A stretch of DNA of 64,000 nt from Ruditapes philippinarum (taxonomy: Eukaryota), in NCBI RefSeq assembly GCF_026571515.1, contig NW_026861047.1:310001-374000 (forward strand), read 5' to 3'. The notes beneath the pieces are model-generated. The model was not told where the DNA came from, did not search any database, and saw nothing but the letters and a program-made list of their open reading frames with translations. How positions within the stretch are numbered: position 1 is the stretch's first letter; every line of letters starts with the position of its first letter. Positions 1 through 13,899 of this stretch are shown here, piece after piece. The translations under genes were made by a program, and so were the position numbers.

Positions 1-140
1 TCAACAAGATCTTTGATTTAATTATGAATGTAAAGTTATTATTTTTCAATTAATTACTGTGTTAAAAACAATGTGATAGATATATCTGTGATAAATTGTC
101 TTAATTTGTTTTGTAATATGACATAAATATCTACACAAAT

Positions 141-172
141 AAATCAATCAATAATCAATCAATCAATCAATC
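141..172. repeat. (AATC)n microsatellite, slightly interrupted
   Basis: aaatcaatcaataatcaatcaatcaatcaatc read directly. Confidence 0.8.
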
Positions 173-3100
173 TGGTTCTGATAGAAATTTCGGGAAAATT
201 GAAGCCAAATATAAAGCGTGATTTGTTGGGTGTATGATAGACGGTTGGTTAATTCATTGAGGGTACAATGTATGCATTCAAGCTGAAACAGTCGTTACTC
301 GGTGGTTTGATGGGGGTTTGGAATGAAATTCGGTGTATTCCGGTTAAAATAACGTGTACTTCTCCTGATAAATCGGCTGCAACCTTGTGATTACTTCAGA
401 CAATGGCGGCTTTATAATTATTAAAGACATAAATAATGACTGAATACTTTCCTTAAAACCAATGTGTTATTCCTAAGATATATTTCATTATTAAGTTCAA
501 AGTACAGATTTTTTCTTTGTACAATTTCTACAGCGATAGTGCTAATAAACATTAGTACAAGAAATTAAACTTAATATATGCAACTTATATCGTCATAGAC
601 ATTTTACCCATTAGAATAATCTAAGTTCCATGTATGAAAAAGGATAAAGAAGAATAACATACTGTTAATTACCATATTTGCCCTCAAGTCCACAGCTTGA
701 AATTCAAGCTCAACTCGGCTTTTTCCAGGCTGAAACAGATTTAAGAAAGTTATTATTTTTCTACTCAACATATATTCTTAGGGCATGGTGTATTTAATTA
801 TTATGTTGTCAATGAACGCTCTTATAAAAATGAAGCACTGATTGCTGAGATGTACTTATGCTATGAAATAGAACTTCATTAAAGTACATGCATTTGTTTA
901 AATCAATCTTATACTTTGATATTGAAGACATATATCTATAAACTAACAATTCCGTAACCATCTCTGTCGAGTTCAGTCTTGGTAATTACTTGCACAAATA
1001 TATCATTTCCTCGAGTTTGGTTAACAAACACTATGTTAGCTGTATCTGGCCCATAAGTATGAATTACAATTTCTTCATCAAGAACTGCTACAGTTGCATT
1101 AAAAGTAAACAATATGCTGCCTGGAAAAAAATTAAAAACATATTCAGTGAACCACTTACTAAAAATGTTTTATTTATTGGTTAACAATAAATAAAACTTT
1201 ACTTTTCAGATGGTCTGACTGGATAGTTAAAGACATTGAAGTTTAATACAATATGCATTTCTATAAATGTGTTACTAAAAGAGAAGGGACTTTCTTTCGC
1301 TTACTTTCGCAGTCGTCGATTATGTATCAATTGTTTACAGGTGGCTAGGGTTCATACGTGGGCATGAAAGTTTGACTGAGTTAACTGTAAGCAGTTGGAC
1401 ATGTGGCAACGTGCATCCGACAAGGTCGTTAAACTGACAAATTAACAAACCACATACATTTTACCTAATTCTTCTAGACCTGAAACTAATTTGGTGAACT
1501 AGTTATAGCGTAAATGTTTGCTTTGTTCATTCTGATATGAAAAAATATTATTAAGTACTAAAACGTATATCTATAAAGAAATATTTTGTTCCATCCTTTT
1601 ACCAATAGAGATATTTTCCGACGCTGTAACGTAACTAGGTAATCCAATTATACTAGGAACTTCACAATCACATTCACCTTAAAAAAAAAGAAACAACAAC
1701 ATTAAGTCGCTTGATGTCAGAAGATAAACAAAGTTAGCAAATGAAAGTCAGAAAAATCTTTTTTCTTCTGCTTTAATCATTTTTTTCGTTGTTGCGTCAT
1801 TGGCGTCCGCGCTGAAGCGCGGCGCCCCTTTATGGAATGAAATCAGATTTTGTGAAAGGGCGACAGCAACTTCTCGAGCCTTTAAGTCGGTCATAATAAA
1901 AGCCGATCATTCCGAACGGTATGAAGGTGCTTGATTATTAATTAATCCGTGGTACAATGAATAGCGAACTTGCAAAAATTTTCAAATGAAATAACCTTTT
2001 CCGTCAATAAATCGCGCTCTTCGGTTTTTTTTATTTACACAGTGGGTTATTATGGAATGTTATTGTTGAACATTTATCCGAAAGCTGTAAATACAATGAT
2101 GAGTTGATGACCTAAATATTCCGAAAATCTATTTATAGAGGGATGTGCTCCTATCGGTAATTCCCGGTCTCTCCCGGTCTATTTTGACCGGGATTTACTA
2201 GTGACCGTTTATTGTCCGGTCTCTCCCGGTTTTGGAGTAGATGTTTGATATAGTTACAGAACAAAACAAATATTTTACAGATAAATAAGCTTTTTTCCAA
2301 AATGAATGTTTGTCAGTTAATTTGGTTACAATAATTCATGAACACAGATCAACTCTCAAATTTATTGATTTTTTTATACATAAACATACAATTCGAAAAA
2401 AACAACAAGAACAACAACAATACATGTTTCATTTTATCTATATGAGATAAAAACAATAAATATGTACAATAATTGAGAAAAGGGTACATTTTTATGGTAA
2501 TAATACGACACTATCAACTTTGAAACATTTTATTTAATTTGTTATTCGTGGTTAGTAAAGATGCCGAGGAATTATTCAAAGTTACAAATTAGATTTTATG
2601 AATTATTCAATTGGTTGATAATTAAAATATGATAAAGAAAAAAACAAATGTACATGGTTTAAGAATATAAGAATAAACAATATTATATATTGAAAGATTA
2701 ACCATTATTTACTGACTTTTTCCAGTTAATTTTTGACTTATAATCGTCGGTCAATATGACAATTGAATTCTTAAAATTTATTTTACAATTTAAATTAAAA
2801 AAGTAAGTAAACATAAAAAAGCGCATAAAACACAAAAAAGAAAAGAAAACAATATTCATAAAATCTGTAATTTTTTATCAAAATTAATATATATTACATT
2901 TATTGTATAATAAACAATTATGCTTAACATGATCAACATGGTAATATAACCAGTGTCATATTTTTACTAAGTGTGAATAGATACTTTAAGTGGGGGTCTT
3001 CGCTAATAGCGATAACATAATAAGGGACAATTACACAAGTGTGGTGTTGATCATGCGTTACACATATGGATTGTAAATGATTGTTTACATGTATATCCGT

Positions 3101-3725
3101 TGCTCGCCCATATGGTCTCTTTCCAGTGGCGAGGGTAAACAAACGCAAACACACAAAATCCGTTGCTATTAATAACCACGGTCATATTCACAAGAAATAA
3201 CAAGTAATATTCTAATCTCTAGCATGCCAATCAAAGTTCATAATGAACAATGTCTTTCGTCCGCTCATTCATAAGTGATATACAATTCTGGTAAAAACCA
3301 TTGAAAAGATTATAAGAATATCTTGTCATCATATGTCTACTAGTTCATCTTCACTTGCTGCATTTCTTGCTTGGACGCCCTTTGATGCTTTGCATCAATG
3401 CTTTTCTTGTTTCTATTGATGAGAGGTCAAACATAGTTTGATCGTTAACCTAATTGAAAGTATAGAGTATACCTAATTCTTTAAAGTATAACATGTCACA
3501 TGTATTCTATTAATTTTAAGATTTAGTTCCTTAAAATAATTAAAGTAACCTTTAAATAAATCAACTTACCAAGTACCTGTACAAATAGTATAAAACCGAA
3601 TATGATCTTCACATTCGTTTTTTCCATTTTCTGAAAGCAGAATTGAAAGAATTGAACGTTTAATTTTTGTAGCATGTTAAATAAATGCTTTCGTTAGCGA
3701 GTGATTAGGGAAATGTGCATTAAAA

Positions 3726-3962
3726 TGAGCCGCATCACGACAAAACCAACGTAATGCGTTTGCGACCAGCATGGATCCAGACCAGCCTGCGCATCCGCGC
3801 AGTCTGATCAGGATCCATATTGTTCGCTTACAAACCTTATTACAAGTAGAGAAACTGATAGCGAACAACATGGATCCTGATCAGACTGCGCGGATGCTCA
3901 GACTGGTCTTGATCCATGCTGGTCGCAAACGCATTACGTTGGTTTTGTCGTGACGCAGCTCA
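3726..3962. mobile_element. Palindromic MITE (~237 bp), family A copy 1
   Basis: ~100-bp inverted arms (tgagccgc..acgacaaaaccaac..gcgaccagcatggatccagaccagcctgcgcatccgcgcagtctgatcaggatcca and reverse complement) around a ~30-bp spacer; near-identical copies at 32027-32262 and 34337-34571. Confidence 0.9.
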
Positions 3963-6144
3963 AATAGTTTGACCTCGCTGTTGTGGGTTCAAGTCTCTCG
4001 ACAAACGTCTGATTAATTTACTAGCTAGTTTCACCAAACACTTGCTTGTTCCAAATCCTGAAAGCGTCAGGATGTTTTCAAATGCACTAACAAACATGCA
4101 AGCGCTGCCAAATTTAAGATATATAACAAAGTATTTTCAGTTATACAGGAAGTCGTATAGCTTCAAAGGTGGCAGAATAGTCCCTTTATTGAAATACTCA
4201 TGTTTTTATAAAAGAAGGACGCACTTATCTGAAAGGCATATAATATGACAACAGATGTATGATTAAATAAAACTGTTACATTTCTTAACATTGATATCAG
4301 TGTACAGCATTTTGAAGCAGTGAAAATATACATGTATTTCATTTTGTACCGGGTTATTCCATAAAACTTTCATTCAACAATAGACAACTTAAACTTGGAA
4401 TAGTCATTGGCTGTTACGTATAGTAGTTAACCATGTGTATGAAAAGATAGAATATTACCTCACTGGCGATATAAAACTTAATTTGTTTTAGTCATATATA
4501 TGTAATTTTAAATTTGAAAATTATTGTCAATGATGAAATCAATTTTAATTTTATTTATACCTGTATGTTCTTGAATGAAATTAAGTCAATTGAAATAATA
4601 CATAAATTGATTTTTCCATATCCCCCACTGTGTATTTCTCGATTTGTAACAATGAAAATTAACACTGACGATTTATTCATATATATATTCCTTAGTCAAA
4701 CTAATTTCTTCGGTTTCGTTCACATTTTCTTTACACATTTTGCAAGATGTATAAAATTAAAGGCGATTTCGAAAATGTGCTATTCTTGCAGATTAGGATT
4801 ATCGTAGCTTTGCGACATCATTTGTTTAAAATAAAAGTTTGTACGACACAGATCTTTGCACGACACAACCCATCAGAACTATGTTCCCTATTATGTTCTC
4901 AAGTTCAGTGCTCAACTAAATTAATCATTTTTTACCAGTAGGAATCAATTAAAAGATGTAAATTACAAAAAAGCGATATAATATTATTGAGAAAATTTAT
5001 GCTTGTAAAATATTAGGTCAGTAAAACTTTAAGCTCCATCAGGCAGTATGAATACATGTACGTTTGATGCAATTCTAACTTTATTTCAAAGGTTCACCGC
5101 CTGTTACTGATCCGTTTCTAAATTAATATAAACTTTATAATTTGCAGTACATGTAATTTTACCTTCTATGTATCTCTCTTGTTATATTATCATTGTTACA
5201 TGTTCTATAAAGTTATCTGTGTCGTGTGCTTCAATCTATGCACTTTAAAGTATTAACTTGTATCATATATGTTTACTGTTTAGGCACAAGAAGTCGATGT
5301 TGATCCAAGTAAACAGTATGGTTCTACAAAGACTGAGACTACTGTTCGTATGGTTTTGGAAAGCAAGGGTAGCTATTTAGTTATGCCAGAAAAATATAGT
5401 TTACATACCTGCCAAATGCTTTTGTCACATAGATAAAATTATGTTGTTGTTCTTGTTTGATATCTAGTACTGTGGTATTTAACTGTAGTTGAAAACTTAT
5501 TCTAAGATAAATCCAAAGCGTTAAACGTACAAACCTTTGTTTGATGATCGTATATAAATATGACATATTTATTTCAAACACTTAATAGTTTAACACAATT
5601 TATTTCTAACATAAAACAGGTGTATATCATGGATACATATAAACCTATATAGACAATAAAAACGATTCTTTGGTACCTATAAATATTTTAAGTACCGCTG
5701 TTTATTCAAAACACACATTATAAGTGGTGTGTTATCTAATATTCTAGTACTACTTGTGATTTTGTCACTAAATACTCAAATAAATAAACCGATGTTAAAC
5801 TGCCATTACGGACTACATGTATATGTGACTGTTTTTTTCTCCCTCGATAAAATAGTTTACAAAGCCTTTGTAAAGCAACAATAATAACGCATTTTATTGA
5901 TATTTTCTATTCTTATAATGTTTTCTTTTTTTATGCTAAAATAACATCTAAGGTAGACTGACGCCAAAGATTTGATCCACATTAGTCGATATATCTTTTA
6001 TAAATCGGCGCCAATTCATAAGCAACGTACTGACGTCATCCTAAGTATATAACTCATTCATAAAGGCGCCATAATTACGTAATTTTAAACTGACATGGGC
6101 GGAGTTTGAAGAATGATTAATCGAGAAAAATATAAACAAAATAC

Positions 6145-6310
6145 ATAGAGGATATTTGTTTGTTTGTGTGTCAGATGAAATTTTATTTCAACGAGTAGGC
6201 TTTAAAAACAGTATTCTTACGAGTGGCGTAGCCACGGGTGAGATTACTGTTCTTAAAGTTCACGAGATGAAATAAAATTACATCTTACACAACAAACAAA
6301 CAAATTTTCT
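6145..6310. repeat. Hairpin-forming repeat, probable non-autonomous DNA transposon fragment
   Basis: tttgtttgtttgtgtgtcagatgaaattttatttc (~6155-6190) is inversely matched by gaaataaaattacatcttacacaacaaacaaacaaa (~6269-6304), with central acgagtggcgtagccacgggtga. A weakly related atagaggatatt start occurs at ~26210. Confidence 0.45.
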
Positions 6311-8639
6311 TTTTATTTTTATGCAAGTTAAAACGAAATTTCCTTAATATTAACGTTAATATTAAAATCTGTTTTCCCAATTTCGAGCGCTTGTTTTAAT
6401 ATGAAAAAGGCAAAGCCTCGAAGCGAGCTCGATTTTCTTTTACCGTAAGAAAGGTTAAAATAATCGTTCATTTTTATTTTAAATTTTCCGTTTTAAAATT
6501 GTCATTCGGTATTTTATACACTGCTTCCGTTTATTCTGGTTCTCCCTTTCTATTATGGTTCCTATATAAGTGCGCAGGACACCAGTCTACGCTTCCGTTT
6601 TCAATCAGAGTACATCAGCTTTTATCGTTATCTTGTAATTCGAAAAGTTGCGATGTGTCCAATTCGGTACTTTAAACCATCACTTAGCAGGTACTCGCGT
6701 TACCGTAAAGCTCGCTTTGCGAGCAGGCTCTTCGGGCCAGCTCGTCGAGCTCACTAATAATAAAAACAAACAATTCTAGTAGGAGAAAAAGTCCAACCAT
6801 CCATCCATATTTCTGTTACTTACTGCGAATTTATATTAGACCTGACTTTGTTAAATGTAAGCGGCCGCCATTTTTAAAAGTTGTGTATTTCACGGGAAGA
6901 AAATATTTGTGTTTGATTCAGAGGGATATCATTTGGATTTATTAGCCATACACCTTTTTAAAAGAAAGAAAACGTATTTGAGGATTGTAACAGACAATAA
7001 ATAAGTGTTGACAGAAGTGTAAACATTCAAAAAGCGGCTAGGAAATTGGAAAACTTGGAAAGTTGAAAGGCTGTCTAACGAACGCTGGGTTGTTTACTTA
7101 TTCTTCGGGCTGATGGCTGTCATTGCTTTTCAAGTTTTCATAAAACATACTGCAGTTATTGACCGTAGGATACTTAAATATGCCCATATGTCATCAAAAG
7201 CAGTGGAAGGAATGTCTTTTTCAGACTGTAAAAATGTTTTCTTCTTTTCATTACCTTTGACATTAAAGATATTCATCAATTTCAGCTTTGCTTATATCTG
7301 AACAGCCTGACATTATCAGAATTGTCAGCAAAAATAAAATTGAGGTACCACACGGGAAAAATCTTAAGAAAGTCGTAAACTGTAAAATTATCAAATATAA
7401 TTTTCATGGATAAATCAGTAATCCACTAAAAAGCATAAAATAAAATTCAGTATCATAATTCATGAGTTTAAATTGTTGAAAACTTGCTAAAATAATACTG
7501 GATTAATAGGTGAAATATTTCTTCTTATTTTATTTCTTTTGTTTAATATTTTTTACACTACAGCGACAGTACTGAAGGGTGCGAAACAAAACAACGTTAT
7601 ATACGAAAATTAACAGTGGCAGTAATTTCCCTTATTTTGTCTTGTCAAAATAATATAGATTTCAATATTTAACACCGGTTAGATGTTGTTTTGATGCGAA
7701 AAAATTAACCACTCAGGCCTCTTTGTGTGTTTTTTATATATATGCAAGTTGATGTATGTGATACTATTGTATGTGTTTATGTATATTCCCTGAATAAATC
7801 GATTCGATGGTCTTCGTGGTCAATTCCTTCGCATCAAAACTCCAAACGGGGTTTTAACAGTCGATAAAGACCGTTAATATCAATACTGTTTCTTAATAAA
7901 GATACCCCATATATTATTAATCTGTAACTTTCCATTTTATATCTTCGCAAAAGTTTACCACCACCGACTAACAAGGTAAACAGATCATTAAAGAATTGAA
8001 TAATATTGCAGTAAGCTTGCAAATTAATGGTCTGGATGATGAACTTGTACAATATGAAAACGCTTAATTAACATCGTAGTAGAGGACATGTACCACCTCG
8101 TCATTACATAAGCATCCTAATTTAGCAGTAACTTGAGCATATTTGTGGTTAATAACAATATAGTAAATTATAAAATAATGTAAAAAATAAACAAAAATAC
8201 TACTAATATGCTTACCAGACTAGATTGAAAACATGAGTACATTTTTGGGAGAAAGAAGAATGCTATGCAACAAAACGAACATTTAATTCATTTATTTTTT
8301 ATTGATTTATTTATCATTCTGTCACAACACTTCCAGAAGTGTATTAAGCTTATCTGAACAAAGGTACAATATGGGTGAATAAATGAACATTACAGCAAAT
8401 TGTGAAATCAGTTATTTCAAGAAACAACTGAAGTTTCCAGATAGTTAATCAATCACAAAACGTGACAAAGGGTTTCATGACAAAATTTAAATTTTCAGAT
8501 AGTTCATGAATCATAAAAAATTGGCAAAGGGTTTCATACCTGGAATACAGATATTATTACATTATGGATGAAATGCAAAAGATCATAGAAAGTCTATCAA
8601 GTCACTATTGGTAAACGTAATACATACTACAATATCATT

Positions 8640-9024
8640 TTGCATTGGACATAATCTTAGCTTTGAATCGCTGGTTTAAAAGCACTTCTGGTTACAGCAA
8701 TTTCTTATAGTGAAACATTGTCTCCTGACTGAGATTCATACTTACTGGCCACAACCTTGCGCAAGGCGGTCAACTTTTCTGTTTACACGCCATTCTATTG
8801 AAGTAGCCATTGAGGGCATCTATCAAACCATTTTTTTGTTTACCTGCCCTCAGTATCTACTATTTAATATTGCAATGGTATACATGTCATTCAATATGTC
8901 CCTGTCAGTATCAACTCCAATGGTGCTTTTTGGACTTTTACGACTAACATCTACCATTGTGTTTACCGGCTTTATTGATATCTGACTACTTTGTACCATG
9001 TGGTCAGCCTGTGCCTGTTGACTA
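8640..9024 (-). mobile_element. Decayed integrase/transposase C-terminal fragment (KRBA2/SCAND3-like, Ginger/GIN type)
   Basis: Minus-strand translation with stops/frameshifts gives SQQAQADHMVQSS..VDVSRKSPKSTIGVDTDRD..DMYTIA.. and later LRKVVA.. followed by a Cys-rich end. From recall this resembles the QAERMV..VDRGRGDPRNILGV..DRD..DLY.IA.. region of Ginger-type integrases; not verified by search. Confidence 0.35.
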
Positions 9025-10951
9025 CCCTTTGTTTCTCATAGTATGTTGTGTTATTTTATTTTCAGTATTATCAATATCTGTCACAAGCTGCTAAAGCCCT
9101 TTGTTTCTCATAGTATGTTGTGTTATTTCATTACATGTATTATTAATATCTGTCACTAGCTGCTGAAGCCCTATCTTTTTCAGATGCGTGTTGTGTTATT
9201 CCATTTTCAGTACATATATTATCAATATCTGTCACAAGCTGCTGAAGCCCTATCTTTTTCAGATGTGTGTTGTGTTATTTCATTTTCAGTATTATCAATA
9301 TATGTCACAAGCTACTGAAGCCTTTTGTTTCTCATAGTATGTTGTGTTATTTCATTTTCAGTACATATATTATCAATATCTGTTACAAGCTGCTGAAGCC
9401 CTTTGTTTCTCATAGTATGTTGTGTTATTTCATTTTCAGTACATATATTATCAATATCTGTTACAAGCTGCTGAAGCCCTTTGTTTCTCATAGTATGATT
9501 TGTTATTTCATTTTCAGTATTATCAATATATGTCACAAGCTGTTGAAGCCTTTTGTTTCTCATAGTGTGTTGTGTTATTTCATTTTCAGTACATATATAA
9601 TCAATATCTGTTACAAGCTGCTGAAGCCATATCGTTCTCATAGTATGTTGTGTTATTTCATTTTCAGTATTATCAATATCTGTCACAAGCTGCTGAAGCC
9701 TTTTGTTTCTCATAGTATGTTGTGTTATTTCATTTTCAGTACATATATTATCAATATCTGTTACAAGCTTCTTAAGCCCTATCGTTCTAATAGTACTAGT
9801 ATGTTGTGTTATTTCATTTTCAGTATTATCAATATCTGATACAAGCTGCTGAAGCCTTTTGTTTCTCATAGTATGTTGTGTTATTTCATTTTCAGTATTA
9901 TCAATATATGTCAAAAGCTGCTGAAGCCTTTTGTTTCTCATAGTATGTTGTGTTATTTCATTTTCAGTACATATATTATCAATATCTGTTACAAGCCGCT
10001 GAAGCCTTTTGTTTCTCATAGTATGTTGTGTTATTTAATTTTCAGTACATATATTATCAATATCTGTCACAAGCTGCTTAAGCCCTTTGTTTCTCATAGT
10101 ATGTTTTGTTATTTCATTTTCAGTATTATCAATATCTGTCACAAGCTACTGAGGCCTTTTGTTTCTCATAGTATGTTGTGTTATTTCATTTTCAGTATTA
10201 TCAATATCTGTCACAAGCTGCTGAAGCCCTTTGTTTCTCATAGTATGTTGTGTTATTTCATTTTCAGTACATATATTATCAATATCTGTTACAAGCTGCT
10301 GAAGCCTTTTGTTTCTCATATTTCATTTTCAGTACATATATTATCAATATCTGTCACAAGCTGCTTAAGCCCTATCGTTCTCATAGTATGTTGTGTTATT
10401 TCATTTTCAGTATTATCAATATCTGTCACAAGCTGCTGAAGCCTTTTGTTTCTCATAGTATGTTGTGTTATTTCATTTTCAGTATTATCAATATCTGTTA
10501 CAAGCTGCTGAAGCCTTTTGTTTCTCATAGTATGTTGTGTTATTTCATTTTCAGTATTATCAATTTCTGTCACAAGCTGCTGTTCAAAGCCCTTTGTTTC
10601 TCATAGTATGTTGTGTTATTTCATTTTCAGTATTATCAATATCTGTCACAAGCTGTTGAAGCCTTTTGTTTCTCATAGTATGTTGTGTTATTTCATTTTC
10701 AGTACATATATTATCAATATCTGTTACAAGCTGCTTAAGCCCTATTGTTCTCATAGTATGTTGTGTTATTTCATTTTCAGTATTATCAATATCTGTCACA
10801 AGCTACTGAAGCCTTTTGTTTCTCATAGTATGTTGTGTTATTTCATTTTCAGTACATATATTATCAATATCTGTTACAAGCTGCTGGAGCCCTTTGTTTC
10901 TCATAGTATGTTTTGTTATTTCATTTTCAGTATTATCAATATCTGTCACAA
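9025..10951. repeat. Minisatellite, ~26 copies of interspersed 72-bp and 78-bp units
   Basis: Unit ccttttgtttctcatagtatgttgtgttatttcattttcagta[catata]ttatcaatatctgtcacaagctgctgaag. The ORF track shows 24/26-aa periodicity on both strands. Confidence 0.95.
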
Positions 10952-11880
10952 TCTGGGTAATACTATTAAGCAATATAGCCGCTCTTTCCTAGTAATTTTT
11001 CTTTAGGCTTTTATAAGAAATACATATAAGTTAGTTTGTCATTCTAATTATACAGTGTTTCCGGTTTTCATAATGGGTAATTTCTACACTCTTCTATCAA
11101 TTTGAATGTGTTGTTATTTAATTAAACTACTAGAAATATGCCTAAAAGTACTTCAAACAGAATATCATATTTTGAACATTTTCAGGTTCATTATTATAGT
11201 TATGTTATTGGATCATATCAGATTCGAACGATTGTTATTTAATATGTTTCTATATTAATGCATATGTTTAATTGTTTACATATGGAATGTCATAGAAATA
11301 AAAGCAATACTACATATGTGTTTGTGTTTTATTTTCTTAGTTTTGTAGACAAAAGGATAAATTAATGATTTATTTCGATTTGAGCAAAACGAATAAGGAA
11401 ATAAATGCGGTTCTTTCAAGCAAGCAAATATATATGAACTTGATAATAAAATAAAAAGGGGGAATAATTAATATTATTTATCATTAACACCATATACATA
11501 TTTAACCCGCATTTACTCCGAGCCAATAATTCAAAAGTATGAAAGTCAAAACAAATAGATTATACTGAAGTAAGTTTTGGTAAATGTTATAATTTTAAGT
11601 ATATAACCTAAAACGTGTGTATAAATATCCAAATATTACTCGATATAAGTTATATTTGATTGTACCCCCACTTTAACCACATAAAGTCATGCTTGAAAGC
11701 AAACGTAAAACATATCTTTTTATCAAGGAAGTTGTAAAATGCAAATAATCTTTTAACTTTCAGGTCATAAAATGAACAAACAGATACGGCATGCGTAAAA
11801 TGATTAAAGGCAAAACGAAATTAAAATATTTTTTTTATCAAAACTCGTGTTATTTTTGTTCTAAAATGTGTTCCTCATTA

Positions 11881-12703
11881 ATGGCTAGGTCACGAATAAA
11901 ACGGGCACCGCCCTGTTAAACGATTTTTAAAGCATCGGCGATCTCGCGAACGCCGGGCGATTACCTTGCGTGGTCATGAGGGCGTTTTTTGCCGAATTGA
12001 TTTTACAGCTAGAAAGCATTCATAGGATCGGGCGATTGCCGCCCGATGTTCGAAAGGCGCCTGTGCAATTATTAAATGCATCGAGCGCTCGCTGCGCGGG
12101 CACCAGGCGGCAAAAGCTTGACATCTTATGATATTCTTTTCCGCGGCCATGGCGTCATCAACACGACCACCTCTGCGGTGACTATTGTCATATAATGTTG
12201 CTGCAACAATTTTATTTTTCCTTTGCCTTTAGACGGATTTGCACGACGAATGAGTTTATGTTAAATCCAAAGGAATTCACGAATGCATTTTCGATTCAAG
12301 CCGCAATTACAACAAACTCAAGCCTCCCCGTTCCCTTGACGGCATAACGATGACCGCCCGGTGCCTGCTCATGAATCGTCCGGGTACCTGGCCTACGTGT
12401 GTCTATTCTGGCGCCGGGCGGGACTGGGTGCCTTTAAAATCGGACGGTGTTTTTTGTATCAAAACAATCGCCCAGCCCGAGCACCGCCTTTGACCGGGCG
12501 GTATCTGCCCGATGATTTTTTAACTCGCTGACCACAAAAATTATTGTCCAGACGCTGTTACCTTTTAAGTTTTACTTTTAACTCGACGGCACCTGCCCAA
12601 TGAGCAAAATGTTCAGCTGCTGCCATCCGGTTGTCACTGCCGCCGGACGAAGCCAGGGCGATATTGCGATTTTTTTTTTTTATTTCTTTTTTTTTTTTTT
12701 TTT
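11881..12703. mobile_element. GC-rich degenerate repeat, probable non-autonomous DNA transposon, followed by a poly-T tract
   Basis: Abrupt GC/CpG-rich island with recurring cgggcg/cgcccg motifs in both orientations (gggcgattg ~12030 vs caatcgccc ~12465); no ORF; T-run 12669-12703. Confidence 0.4.
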
Positions 12704-13098
12704 GTTAGGGATAAGTTAGGATGCCTGTTTTTCAACGATTAGGACTTTATCTAACACAATCATACTTAATCAGGAATTTACAATTAATAACATAAATCCC
12801 TGACTCAATACACTTCCATTATCATATTAAATGGTACTGGATATTTTTAAATAAGAATGGATTCAAACTTATGCACGGAAACATTTGACTTGACAACTGA
12901 ATTTCAAGCAGTCTAAATAAATGTCGATCTCTACAACTTAGTCAGCTGTCCTGTTCATCTAGTTCACAGTCAACGAATTTCCTTGCACACTTACGAAAGC
13001 ATGAAGTTCATTATTCAAACAAACTCTTTTTTTCGACAATTTATATTGTAGAATGACTGCATTCTCCGTGTATCTATTAATAATCATCTACTGTAAAA

Positions 13099-13441
13099 TT
13101 AAAGGCCCAGTATACCATGCAAAGGCGTTTATCTTATTTTTCAAACACTTTTTTGGTGTACTTTCATAGTCTACAAAACATTATTTATTGGCCCATTACT
13201 TGATCCAGATTTTTTCTGTTGCTTTTTTGGAAATAAGTTAATTTAGTAATTTAGTAAAATACTACTTTGTCAACATTTTACTACTTCTATGACAAACTAT
13301 TTCACATACATTTAGTGCTACTTTTTTAAGTAACAAGCATCTTAAATGCTCTGACTTATTATTCAAACATTATAGAATTCATGTTTTCCCTTTCTAAACA
13401 AGTGAAAATTTATTCGTTTCTTAGGCATAATGTGCCTTTAA
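13099..13441. mobile_element. TTAA-flanked MITE (Kolobok-like ends), family B copy 1
   Basis: Ends ttaaaggcccagtatacc / ggcataatgtgcctttaa; interior aligns with 23071-23443. Confidence 0.65.
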
Positions 13442-13899
13442 TATAAAACATAAGAATAGAAAGACTTTATAATCATTGGATATCCAAACTATTTTCATCC
13501 GTTCAATATTAAATTGTAAATATTAGGTAAAATATGATAAAATACTTTTATTTCACAGCTAAATGTTGTTGCATGCATGAAATGATGTGAACACTTACAC
13601 GAGATGTTTTGCCAGCTTCCTTTCATAAAGTGCACTGTTTATGTAGTATAATTTACTTTACTTACTCGCAGTATCTATCATATGTATCAAAAACCATAAA
13701 TAAAAATGGGAGTATTCACATTAAAATATCAACTTCCTTCTTAATGCTGATGCTATTTATGATAAATAATCAAATCATATCTGGCTTACTTTACAAGTAT
13801 AGCAAAGTTTCTTATGGCTTTTAATATATATTTTTAGAAGTATTACAAGTTTGTTCTTGTTAGCAATAACAATCATCGTGTGCGGAAATACTTATAAAA

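Noticed and set aside
3677-3953. ORFs MDPDQPAHPRSLIRIH.. (also 32032-32226)
   Set aside because: Translations of the palindromic MITE; not genes.
6395-6900. CpG-rich promoter (ETS cttccg sites, YY1-like gccgccattttt)
   Set aside because: No linked exon could be established, and it adjoins a transposon-like hairpin, so it may be TE-derived.
9025-10951. CRISPR-like array or repeat-protein CDS (ORFs of 162-235 aa)
   Set aside because: Units are contiguous with no unique spacers, and there are no cas genes in this eukaryotic context; the ORFs follow from unit lengths divisible by 3 and are broken by indels.
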